A stretch of DNA of 62,184 nucleotides, filler included, from Choristocarpus tenellus KU-1152 (taxonomy: Eukaryota > Protista > Phaeophyceae): assembly GCA_964200185.2 (NCBI GenBank). It is 10 parts of 10 records of this genome, joined end to end, with 100 filler letters (N's around TTAATTAATTAA, not from the genome) between each part and the next. Parts side by side here need not be neighbours in the genome. Positions count along the whole stretch, not along the records: positions 20,213 to 28,010 come from CAXNAD020005567.1; positions 28,111 to 38,562 come from CAXNAD020002920.1; 8 more parts are not named here. The stretch is one strand, 5' to 3'. Position 1 is the stretch's first letter, and each line of letters begins with the position of its first letter. A program made the translations under genes and the position numbers. The notes under the pieces were generated by a model. That model was not told the DNA's origin and made no database searches. It saw nothing but the letters and a program-made list of their open reading frames with translations. Below, piece after piece: positions 24,826-37,158 of this stretch.

Positions 24826-27549
24826 ATGAGCGAATCCAGTGGCGGTGAAGGTGATAGCAAGGGTAGTGACTTGGAAGGGGGCCGCCGTCATGATAGTCCA
24901 AAGAAAGATCGTCGAAATGGGATGAGTTTTGGATCAAAAGGAGGCCGATCACCTTGGCATCGTCGAGAACCTGACCCTTTCACTCCGCCTTCTGAGCTGT
25001 CAGGTAAACGTTTTACAGCAATGGAACGGTCGCATATTTTCTAAGTTAAACTTATGTGAACTTCAGCACTTGCGCTGTGATTTATATCAAAGTAAGGTCT
25101 CCATCACCGTCCTGGTATTCTTACCCCTCACCGCTTGTGCGGTCTTTCAATCCAATTCAGTCACGTTATTTCCAATATCCTGTTGTTGAAAGAGATGTCA
25201 TGCCCGTTCACTTTGGCGAAGCTGTAGACCATTCTCAGGTGAACAATGGATTTGATACCTCCCAAATGCAAGGGTACTTCGCTGGGGAAGATATCGAGGA
25301 GCGATTCACAAGCGGCCCGTTCGAAGAAAAATACGACAGGGTGAGCGGCGAATAGTTGAACGAGGAAGTGAGACTGCAATTCCACTTGTAGGCAAGATAA
25401 TGAATTGTAGGACTTTAGTGGGAGTCTCGTGTATCACCGGTGTTACCACCGCCTGCAAGTTTAGGGCGGGTGCTGTGACACATGTCCTCGTCGGCCGGTG
25501 ACTACACAGAGCCATTGACTTGGTTACCTCCTCTTATTGCTAGAACGCCAACCTACTCGACTTCTGTTGCTTACGATGGATATGATTCCGAAGTAGACCC
25601 CTCTATTCGGGTAGAAGTCCAACCTAGTCCCAGACCTGCACCATGTAAAAAATCTTTAGATTTTTCCAGTTTTGCGCCCCCCTATCCTGATATACATAAT
25701 CGATCGCTATTTGATGGATTTTGAGACCAGACAGAATGGTTGTGATCTGCACATCTAGATCATAGCTGTAGTAGTTGTTGGAGAGTCCATACTCCTTTAC
25801 ATATACGAGGCTTCTGTTAATGTATGCATTTGTGAGGATGGTAACCCCATTGGTGCCTTCCCCCCCTTCCCTCATCTATATCTACAGTCATTCACTCACA
25901 ATTCTTTGTACCATGCCTTCTGCTTGGCAGCCATCGGTTCTGCTAATATACACTGGAGGCACCTTAGGGATGAAAAAGGACAAAGCAGGTCAGCTTGTCC
26001 CTGTGACGGGATATTTCACGGACCAGATGCTGCACATGGAAGACATTGCCAGCTCAGAGGAATTTCCCTCGTTTGACATTATTGAATATGGTGAGTAGTG
26101 CCATTTAGCCACCTGTTGACCTCATTACCAGAGTAGGCAATCAACGGGGTGCCTACGATGTTTCCTATTGTAGTTGTGGCATTGTACACCGGAGCAACAT
26201 CATACTTAGTTGTATCTAATCTTTTTGGATTGGTATGGTTTTAAGAATGCAAGAGAAGAAATAATTATATACCTTACTAAACCAATCGATCTTCATCTCC
26301 TTCATACCATCCAGCTGATTCACCTTTTTTGAAAGGCAACCGTCCATTGTGCCAAATGCTTCTGGGCCTCCCAGTCAGAGCCCCAAGCTTAACCCTAACC
26401 TCAAGATTTGATGCACCACTTCATAAAATTTCTTTGCTTGGTGCTATGTTTTTTTTCTTGGGTGCTGTGTATTGTTTGGGTAGGTGTGGATGTGCATGTC
26501 CCTTTTTGCCCAGCAACACTCATGGTCACACACCTCCACCATTCTCCTCCTCCTCCTCCTCCTCCTCAACCATCAGATCCCTTGCTGGATAGCTCGTGCT
26601 TTAGTCCTGCAGACTGGGGGCGTATTGCTGTGGACATTGGTCAGGGTTACCACGACTATGATGGTTTTGTGGTGTGTATGGGCACAGACACAATGGCCTA
26701 TGCAGCCAGTGCGTTAAGCTTCATGTTGGAGAACCTTGGCAAGACAGTGAGTGAATGCAACCGTGCCATCAACCTCGTCCTATAATGGTCATCTCAATAA
26801 ACGAGTTGACTGGAGGGACATCAATTATTGAGAGGATTGCTATAATGATGCAAAACTTGTGATGGGGCACGGGGAAGGGATGGTTGCCTTGCATCCTCTC
26901 CAGTTGGTTCGAGCACAGGGCATGTGGAAAAAGATTATTCCACAAGAAGTCACCCTTCATGGGGTGGTATTATGCCTCACTCTCTGTCAATATATATTTT
27001 TCGCTGGGACGACATCACTTACATTGCACAGAGGTTGTTTGTGTACCAATCTCTGCAAAATGTAGCACATGACAGCATTGCCTACAATGTATGACCAGAA
27101 ACTGCACATCTGAGTGCAGACACTTCCACGAACACACACATCCATTTGGTGCTTTCATTGTTCTGCACACTGATCTCTCGCTACTCCTGTTCCGCCTTCC
27201 ATGTCCTCCACATGGCTTGCGTTAGGTGCAACTATTGTTATTATTGGGCACAAAACTTTTTTTTTCTCAGTATTAGGTGTGAGAACAGGCAGGATGCGGG
27301 TTTCCACTTGGGTCCTTTTGTTCATTGTCTTTGCAAATAGTGACCCCCTTCTCAAGCACAATGCAACAAGCAAAGTTCACCGCTTTTTATGGTGCCGTAT
27401 TAAAAATGAATTTTTGACCACCTTACCCTGCCACCCTACCACCCTCCCCACCCTTGCTCTCTCTCTCCTCTCCAAACTTAATGGGATTCTATCATTGTAA
27501 ACGCCTGCCTCTTACGCTTGCTTCAAAGGTAGTCTTCACTGGTTCGCAG
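24826..27549 (+). CDS. ASPG: Type I (cytosolic) L-asparaginase / ASPG-like, partial. Firm exons 25931-26090, 26577-26746, 27529-27549; probable N-terminal exons 24826-25003, 25195-25340, ~25510-25610
   Basis: The spliced product PSVLLIYTGGTLGM...[68 protein letters not shown] contains the asparaginase TGGT, DSS, GTDT and TGSQ motifs in order with consistent intron phases. The 3' part is lost at the contig end. Confidence 0.92.
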
Positions 27550-28110
27550 GCAAGTCCATGATGTGCCTGATGTGTTACTACCTTTGACCTTGCTTTTTGC
27601 GTTGGTGTACTGCAATTGTACAGTAGGTCTCCATTTTTTGTTGTTGTTGCTTGTTGTATAGGGTTAGGGCTGGAGCTCATATTGCACATGTGTTTTTTGT
27701 ATTCAAGCAAAGATGAATACCAGGGAACTTCATGCCAACACAGCAGTTAGGATGGATTGAGAAGAAGGGGTGATTAGGTGGAACCCCTTGACTCTTCTGC
27801 TATGGATAGCTGAATTGGTCTTCCTTGCTGAAGAGAGTACAGGGACAATACTTGGAGTTTGGTTAGGGTTAGGCCTAAAGCTCTGTATCAATATTTCGTC
27901 CCCTCAGCCTCAGTGACTCAATCTCTAGTATACGCGACTCAGTATTCCCAATTCCCCTGTAGTCCACACTTGTCTCACACTTGACTTCTCTTTTTTTCTT
28001 CCCCCCCCCCNNNNNNNNNNNNNNNNNNNNNNNNNNNNNNNNNNNNNNNNNNNNTTAATTAATTAANNNNNNNNNNNNNNNNNNNNNNNNNNNNNNNNNN
28101 NNNNNNNNNN

Positions 28111-28164
28111 CCGAAACGGACGCCCCCTCACAAACCCCCCCCCCCCCCCAAGATACTTTGACCC
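28111..28164 (+). mobile_element. MITE family B right end at contig edge
   Basis: aacggacgcccc...poly-C...agatactttgaccc, similar to 44065-44103. Confidence 0.6.
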
Positions 28165-28819
28165 ATGTTGAGAAGTCGGTTTGGGGATTGATTGACCTAT
28201 CGGGTTGGGAATATCCTCGACGTGATGATGTCTACTGAAACAACATATTATCCCATGTGGTACTGGGAACTGTTGTAGAGTGCTCCATCGTCTCAGATTC
28301 ACACAGATCAAAGCCGTTCACGTGATTTCGCAATCGCACACAGGGGTATTACAATTGGGGTTCTGAGGACTTTGTGACAGGCTGGAAAACAGGAATTAAA
28401 ATCTCAGAAAGAATGTGGGAAGAGAGTTGAATGCGTGAAAGGGGAAGAATATAAAGGTCGAGTTACCAGCCTTAAGTGAAAGTGTCAAGAGTGCCCCGGA
28501 CGAAAAATTGAAGCTGAATATGACCGAAGAGAATGAAGAGAACGAGCTGAAGGAGGAAAGCATTATTGCTCCATCTGGGACTGAGGATCACGTTTTTGAG
28601 TGTTGGAGATTGAGGAGGTTGTAGAAGATAATGGTGAAGAGTAGGAGGAGTGTGTGGACAAAGATGTGGATGGAGAGATGGCAGCCTGTGTAGAGAATTT
28701 AAATACATACTGAGCCTGTATGAGCCCGAAAGGATGGTAACGGCTGCTGCTTTCGAGAATAATAGGATTCAAACTTCATACAACTTCCAAGAAACAGCTA
28801 TATAGACCCAATGCTAGTA

Positions 28820-30700
28820 TGTACAGGGAGACAGACAGACAGACGGATGGACAGGAATGACCCGATTTTACTTCACGGTACGTACGTGACAGGTCAAAAA
28901 CAGCTCTATACAGCTGGTGCTAGAATCGCTTTTAAAAAATAATTCAGGATACATATTGTTGAAGTAGGTTTGGAAGGGCAGGAATTGCTTAGGTTTAACA
29001 TGTACGTACACGTGTGGTAGGGACCCAAAGAACTGGTGCTGGTAAGATTTCATTTCTTTTCGGGAACAAGTATGCGCCAGCGTGAGGGTGACCATAGGTG
29101 GAAGGACGAGAGTCCGTAATGGTAACGTACAGACACAGACAGATCTTTCTTATTTTTTCACTTCGTGTCAGGATAACTTCTCCACTAACCTCCACCTATA
29201 TAGTCCATTCTAGCCCTTTGACCCCTGGTCAGATGACAGAAAGTGCATGCTGCACTATTTCTTCTTCCCTCCGAACTACCTGTTCCAATACAACTTATTA
29301 CACTACTCCTGTACACTGCACAAATTCTTCTTCCATCCGAACCATCTTTTCCACTACAACTTATTGCACTCCCCCTTGTGTATGCCTTGATTTTTTCGGG
29401 TGTGAGGTTCAGTAGTTTCACCATTCAACGCTCTGTCTCCTCCCTCAAAGCTGACCCATATTCCCCCCTGTCCGCAAGGAATCTTCCCCACCACGACCCA
29501 TGAAGACAGTAAGGTACAGTATATCTTTCCAATATACTTGACATTCGAAGTCAAATTTCCTAGGAAGAAAATCTGAACTCTGCAACCAGGGTTCGAACCC
29601 TGTAACTCCTTTGTTGGACTGAGGGTGGACAATCACCTGATGAAGGTTACATACAAATAGACAACCACAAATTACTTTATTTTATATAGTACGTACGTGA
29701 GAGGGGGATAAGTAGGTCCCTTTAAAATAACAAAGAGACGGATAGATTGACAGGAATTACTTGGATTTAGTGAGAAGGACCCAAAGAGGCAATGAGACTG
29801 ATTACTTCTACTATTTGAACAAATGAGGACAAGAGTCAGTAGTGATGGTAGCTACATACACATAATAAGAGAGACAGGCAGATGAGATGGACAAGAATTA
29901 CTTGGTTATAGTGCATGAGAGGGAATCCAAAAAGAGGTGGCGAGATGAAAAGTAGACTCATACTTCAAACAACTCAACAAAAAAAAGGTCTATAGATTTG
30001 GCGCTTCCATGTATATGCATACAGACAAACAGATGTCAGATGAACAGGAATTTTTTCTAGACATTAAGTACTTATGAGATCAAAAAACAGTTGTATAGTG
30101 TGAAACAGATGGAAAGAAGCCGACAGGGTCTCCGCAATGAAGGGGAGCGGGAACAGCAACAGGAGGCAAGGGCAAAGAGAGAGACAAGTCAAGAGGGAGA
30201 GCAATCCCTCAGAAGATCACTCAGGAAAGGAGTGCACAAGTGGTAACTGAATGAGGGGGGTTTGGTGCAAGGTCCCTTCAAACCACCCGATCTCACTTCA
30301 TCAAGCAGATGTTACCTTCAACATGCAAGAGCAAATGTCAAATGAATATCAGAATCTTCAAGATAGCTTACATTCAAGGAATATCTTCTTTGGATGATGG
30401 CTCTCACAATAGGCGTTTTTAGATTTTCGGGATTTTCATTTTTGGAATAAGTTTTGTAAGGGCAGGAACTCCTTGTTTTGTATGGTACTTAGTAAACCAA
30501 TCCAAGGATCTGGTCCTGGTTATAGATTTATAATTTTTAATGCTCATCCAATATATGATAAAGTTTGCGCGAGCGCGCGGCGAGCCTACCTGCAAGGATC
30601 GTATTGGTATGGTACAGAGAGAGCCAGACAAATAGACGGATGGACGGACGGAAATTACTACAATTTTATTAGAGTACGTATGTGAGAGAGTCCCAAAATA
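28820..30700 (+). repeat. Dispersed degenerate module with (CAGA)n core, ~6 copies, plus a 2-unit ~66-bp tandem at 29250-29375
   Basis: tacag..agacagac(a/g)gacggatggacaggaatta...gtacgtacgtga variants at ~28822, 29128, 29735, 29870, 30019 and 30613. Confidence 0.55.
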
Positions 30701-31149
30701 GGTTGATAAAGGCCCCTTCACATATTATAACTGCTTCACTACAATAAATTTTAAGCCAGTTACTTTGCACACTTCCCTGTTTCACTAGCTGTATCTGTGC
30801 AACCCATAGTTTGAGGTTTCGGTATCCAAAAAAAGCATCTACCAATACTACTACATGACAAAAATAATAGTACTGCTGTTGTTGTAGGTTTAACACAAGT
30901 TCAGATTTCAAGAAAAAAAGCATGGTGCTCCATGTACCCACTCTTGTGCAAGCAATATTCCAGACAGAGTATATGCATGTATTGACCACAAAAAAAAGAA
31001 TGCTTTCACAAATCACTCCCATCAAGCTTTCGCCTGACCGACTACATCTGCACAAAGAACCAGACAAGCATCCCGTGTTCACTAGAAGGCTTGACCCCTA
31101 ACTATTCCCTTTTGTGCCCCAGTTCCCTCAGTGTTTTTTTCAACCCAAA

Positions 31150-31700
31150 AGCTACGTAAATAACGGGGAATATCACTGCACAACATGCCACTAAACAGAG
31201 AAGATCTATCGAACTTTCCCATACATTTGACAGGAGTGCATGTGTCACTGAGTGGAATTGAGAAAGGAGAGGGAAACGACTAGCTGTGTTGTGGGGACTT
31301 GGTTCGTAGCAAGTAGTGTGTTCTAATACATTTTTTGGTGCTCAACGTCCTTCCAACGCCTGGGGAGCACTACAATTATTCCTGAATCATCTCGATCACC
31401 CATCGAACAGTCTTTTTTGCCTAATCTTGCAGGCATGTTGTGTTGTCCATTTCCTCTGTACGGTTAGCATTGGCAATGGTGAAAGAGTTTGTTCAAAGGT
31501 CTTGTGAGGATCTACCTCATGTATGTGTATAACATGTCTTGGTAGCTCAAGATAGGCGATTGACATGGACAACAGTATTTTTGGAGAAGAAGGCTAAGGA
31601 GTATCTCAAGGCTGAATTAGTTCACTGTTACAGACAAATGGTAGAGTTGTCATACAACATAACATAGCCATTATTGCTGAAGAGGGCAAGCTGTATGTGC
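31150..31700 (+). mobile_element. Decayed Ty1/Copia reverse-transcriptase relic
   Basis: Fragments FFGAQRPSNAW (cf. LYGLKQAPRAW), IYLMYVYNM (cf. LLYVDDM) and KEYLKAE.FTVTD.GELSY (cf. F.MTDLGEL.Y) occur in the correct order but are broken by frameshifts. Confidence 0.4.
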
Positions 31701-32852
31701 ATGATATCCTTCAATTTTCTAGAAGAGCCTTACCTTCCAGCAGACACCATATACTCTGCAAGCATGTATGACAGCAGTGGAACAAACACGTAGTACAGAG
31801 TATACTGGACAAAAGTAGAATATGGAATTGTGTGAATCAAAATTACAAATGAAAGCTACAGGAAAATAAAAATAAAGGTTTGTTGCCAGGTCTGAAATCT
31901 TCTGCCAAAAATTTGCATCTCTCATGATAATACTGCTACTTAGACTTGGACCAGGTGAACAGGGTATGTACAAATTGTAGCAATCCTTCACAAACTTGGA
32001 ACGTTTTGAAACTATGGCGATCACCTTTCATTTTTCATTCCAATTGAAGTGATAATACTATTGCTTACCCGTTAACATATCGGAACACTGTTCAACCTTC
32101 AAGCAGAGTGTCCATAGTGTTTAAATTGAGACAGTGTTGTGACAATGAATATTCATATACAACAGCAGTACTGGTCAGAAAATGAAGAGGAATTATATAT
32201 TTTCAACACAGGCTGTATTTTAGGCATGGAAACAGGGTGTCAGGCAGAAGGTTTGAAAAAACCAAAATACTCACAAGGGCTTGAGGAGACCCTTCTAAGA
32301 TAGAATGGCTCAAGACCAATTCATCACTTCCTTGTCTTATCAAGGCGTCCCCCAAACATGTAATTTCCACAGGCTGCAGGGAAGAGAGGTGTGGGTGAGC
32401 AGGTATAATACAATGCCTGTCTATGATAAGCTCCCCAGGTGTAGTTCACTAGATGAGGCCACAAATATTGTACAGGACTGGAATATTTAGTACCCTGCTA
32501 TTAACACTATTTACAGTATGCAAATTATCTCACCCCCTGCCAGAAGGCATTGCGATTGTATCTTACCCTTCTATACAGATCCCCAGACAGCACTGCAGGC
32601 AGTAAATTTCCTATGCATCCATGGGCACCTACTCCATAGTGGTTGCAAATTTGGAGAGGATGGACGTAAAAGCAACCAAGATGAACAACGCGTAACTATT
32701 TGCATAGAACACTCAACTCTGTGTTGGAGTGCCAAATGCAGTATTTTGATTCCAAGCACAACGCAGTTGTGGAGGTAATCATGAAGAGCCTGCTCAACAA
32801 ATGATCACCCACAGAAAAAGCATAACAAAACATATATTTTGCAGACATCAAA

Positions 32853-35800
32853 TTAGTCTGTTGCCCGCTTCACACTCCCTCGTCCCGTTGACGTCCACCC
32901 TGATCCGGACCCTTCCTCAGGGACCCTGCTAGCTGCAACTATCAGCATGACCACCACAATAGCCAAGACCAGCATGAAGAGGGCATGGATACCACCTTTT
33001 GCCTTCAATGTGTAACCTGTGATGAACCCATCGCCTGGCACAATAAGGTCAGCCAAGCCATCACTGTCAAAGTCGCCCACTATTGGAGGTCTGCATGGGG
33101 GGAAGAGGAGTGCAGATGACCCCATGAGGCGCCCCCCTTCAGAGAAGACAGCAACCTTGTCCTTGGAAGGGGGGAAAACATGGCAAAAGGGCAGATGTGT
33201 GTATTTTGTCAGGATCTTGAGGGGAAGATGGGTCACATTGCAGAGCAGTTGTTAACTCCCTAAGATCTCATACTACTCATGATGGACACAAACCTTGCCT
33301 CACTCCCCATGCACCCAACACATACCTGCCCCACCACCAGAATGTGCTGATCCTCTAGTATGGCACCATGATCATATCTCCCTGAAATATTTTTCGCTTG
33401 AGACAAGAGCAGGTATCCTTTGCTCCCTGTTGCCAGGAATGCAAACACAGGGATCACCCCAGGGTTGTGCAGTAGGAAATGGTGGGGAGGTGTTTACAGA
33501 AGGAGATACATACTACTCCAGGGTTCCATTATCACACAGAAAATTGAGGGCATTTAGGCTAACAAAAATAAGTTCAGACAAGGTTGGCAAAACAGATATT
33601 TATGCTGTCAAAATTATTCCACATCCCCAATGCAATTCCCCACCCCCCATCCCCATCTGTACTGATTCAAATCGTTTCTCCTAAACCTACTGCACAGTCT
33701 GCTTCTGCATCCATTTCCTCTACCCAGTCCAGGATCACTACAAATCTGTTCCCCTCCCTCAAGTCCACACATACAAAAGAAACCCTCACACACATATCCG
33801 ACACTCACCGTCCTTTTCCCATGTGGGTCCCCGCCGATCTTGCCAATTGACCTTCCCATCTGCTCCATAACTTGTCACCACCCCTGTGCTTACCGCAAAC
33901 ACTACATCAGTACTGCCCTTCCCCTCCCCCCTTCTCCTCCGCACTACTGCCAGCGGGGTCGCTGCTCCCACCTCTGTATCTGAACGCCCCCTTCGATACT
34001 CTGCTCGGTTGTGGAGGCGTTCCTAGTGGTGAACCAATTCAAGCAATGAGAGAGGGAGGGAGAGATGGAAGAAAAATAAACGTGCAGTCAGGGACAAACG
34101 ATGCTGGGATGGTGGATGGCGGATGGTAGTTGTTGAGCAAAGACACTACAACGGTATATAGTTCAAAGGTTCAGTCAATGAAAGTTTAGGAATCAGAAGT
34201 ACCATCTGTGTTCTCACATGACAGTAGGCTGTAGATGAAATCAAATCCTGGAAGCTGCATTGCTGCCTGGACTACGAGATTTTGATTGCCACTCCTCCAA
34301 GTTCTATTCTAAGGCATACTTCCAACACTCATAGAAACATAACCACGATTGATCTCTTTCAGCACTTGGGATCTGTTCTCAGGGATTAGGTGGTCGAGGA
34401 GTGTTGCATCTTGACACAAATGTGTATGTGGCAAGGCTGGGGCCTGGGTGTTGGGGAGAGAGGGAGCGCCATCAAATCGTGGGTGACTACATTGAGGCCA
34501 TGGACTGCCAAAAGGGGTATGCATCCAAGACAAACATGCACCAGTAACACAAACTACAAGATTGAATAGTAATTGCTCTAAAATAGGTAATCTCTTCACA
34601 CAGCTCACTTTGTCCGTCAATTGTTTCCATTTTCCTTCATCACTATTATTGATATTAATAGCATTAAGTTTCCTCTCTAACCCCTTCTTCACACCACACA
34701 CCTCACACCCCATCATCACTTGTCTTAGGTACAATGGAAACATGTATGAAGCTAATCAACCACACGCCTGCTGCTGCAAAAAAAACACTCAGGGTCATTC
34801 ATAGTAAAGGAAATTGCAGGTCCGTGACCAGGTGACCCCTTTGGAACTCCTCCATCCCCTCAACCCCACATTTTACGAAAAAACGATGGTCAACTTATTT
34901 ACCTAGAGTCACTCCCATGACAAGCACGGGGGGCTATATTTCCAATTAATTCCCATCCATATACTTGGCAAAGCTTGCAACGAGAGACTTATCATTTTTC
35001 CAAAAGAGCAGCATGTACTGTGTTACTGGGCTTACCTGAACGGCTCCAAGAGGACCCACTTCATTGCAGAGAGAGCCGTTGAATAGCTGCTCCCTTGGGG
35101 GAACGCCACTCACTACAATGGTGTAGCACGACGGCAGACGCCCAGCCCTCACTGCCTGCATAACATGCTCATGCTTAATTGTTTGTCCATTGTGGAATGT
35201 GGAACATACGGTGAATTTCTACCATGTCACTGTACTGCTTAGAACCTTCAACAAACCATTTGTGGATATGCAAGGGCGACTGTGTTGAATTAAAGGAGTC
35301 TAGAGCAGTTTGAAGGGCTGATGTGACTACATTGTGGATCAAAGTAGTCTGTTGCATCTCCTGTATGAGGAGTTTTGAGCTTTGTGATTGAAATAGTATG
35401 AGTGCATGAGCAGCAGTCGTCTGCACACTTTTTTCGCCCTCAGGTTCAAACTGGCTCTTTGAGGAGACAAAAGCAGAGGGAAATTCGAAAAGGTACGACC
35501 TAATGGCAATTCAATAAGTACATGACCAAGCCTGCACTTGCTACAGCAAGCAGACAGGATAGAAAAGGAAAGAGAGGAAAAGGTGTGTGCAATGATGCCT
35601 ATATATCCAATATAGCAACAAACATGACTAAGGGAGGACAGCATGCCTCTCTCCCCCATCTCCCCCAAAGACAATGCAAGCACTGTACTCTTTCACCAAA
35701 TACGATTGTACTCCTCAACGGAATCACTCCTAGTTAAGCTTGCTGCTTCAAAGCATATGGTGACGGATGCAACATAAAAACTTGAAGTAGATGGGGGGTG

Positions 35801-37158
35801 GAGGCAAAGTTCTGTGTACACTTTCAAGAATCAGCTGTGACAAGATTAAAGTAATTACTTCTGTAAGCACGCATCAAGGCACAACTTGCCAAGGTCCTGC
35901 ACAATTCATCCTCACCATGCTCACCTCTGATGGGGTAGAGTGCTCCAGTTGAACTCCCTCATCACGAAAAAGGCGACCAAGTGCCACACCCTGGTAAAGA
36001 CGACCCCAGTCATGTCCCCCAGTCCTTTCCACAACCTGGAGAGGGGTTCAAGGCACTGAAGAAGTCATTTTTTGTATTTTTAAATACTGCATCAGAGTAG
36101 TTCGGTAGCTAGATATTCTCGATGCAGCAATTGAACACAAAGCGAGGGCCAGCTCTTTCCACTTCCAAGTTTCAGACCACAAAAAATCTTTAAAAAATAA
36201 GAAAATGTAGACTGTTATTGATGGCACAAAAACTCCGTATGAAACAGTGGAAGGACCACTGAGTGCTTCAATTGTACCATTAACACCACCTACCAATAGT
36301 AAAAACTATTGAGAAAACAGAACACCCAGTGACAAACTGAAACTTTGTCCATACCACTATTCAGACCCTCCCACTAGGCAACACAAATCTCCCCATTGAG
36401 GATTCAGCACCAAGACATACAGGATTGAGGCAACCATAGCAAATGGAATTGCTGTGATGAAACCGAAAATGTATCAAAATGGTGTAACATCTACCAACTT
36501 CCTTCCTCCTCTTCCGCCACCTACAAGCCTCACCATCAATCGCATCTCTTGCCTGCGCCCAAAACAACAGACCAACCACAATGCATCACACACCCTGCTT
36601 GCTCATTTACCCTCGCACCTGTGCATGGTCCACCATCCCATCCCTATTCATGTCCAAGTAAAGCCCTGTCCCAAACGAAGGGAGAGCCATCACACAAACT
36701 GGTCTCCCCGTCTGCAGTGAAACTGCCTCCACACCATCGCGCGTGTGTGCCACAACAACTCTTGATCTCCTCCCCCACCCCCTGCCATTGTCCCTGCCCC
36801 TGCCTCCGCCCCCACTCCCACCCACATCAACACCTTCAACAGCACTCCCATCGAAGGCCCCTTTCCTCCTCTGTCCATGACTGGACCAGGACTGCCTCAT
36901 GTTGCCACCATGGTCAGACTGCCCAGCCGTTGAAGTCTCCTCCACTGGGCGACGTGCACCTTGCCTCCTTAGCCACGTTATCTCAAGATGAGTATTGGAA
37001 GGAGAGGACCAGGCATGGGGAAGATGGGCGAGGAGGGAGCACCCATTGCGCCGCCAATGACTGGGTGTGGTGGAATCTAGTCCATCGTGCTCAAGAACCT
37101 CAAGCTCATCCAGCTTGTAATGGTGGCGGGGGACAGGGCGCTCTTCTGGGTGCAATAC
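32853..37158 (-). CDS. FG-GAP repeat single-pass membrane protein (At3g51050/NERD1-like), 3' portion; exons 37158-36619, 36035-35925, 35155-35036, 34022-33809, 33426-33326, 33161-32853
   Basis: All six exons are AG/GT-bounded and phase-compatible, ending in TAA at 32853. Motifs HHYKLD, LPHAW, VVVAHTRDGVEAVSLQTGR, LYLDMNRDGMVDHAQ, SGVPPREQLFNGSLC, ATP...DVVF..STGVVTSY and GDFDSDGLADLIV, plus a C-terminal TM helix, follow the order recalled for the plant protein. Confidence 0.85.

Noticed and set aside
29586-29603. tRNA T-arm / B-box-like hairpin CAGGGTTCGAACCCTG
   Set aside because: No compatible D-arm, anticodon arm or acceptor stem on either strand; at most a SINE trace.
30109-30246. Short charged frame MERSRQGLRNEGEREQQQEARAKRE as an exon
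   Set aside because: Isolated within repeat debris, with no partner exons or recognisable motif.
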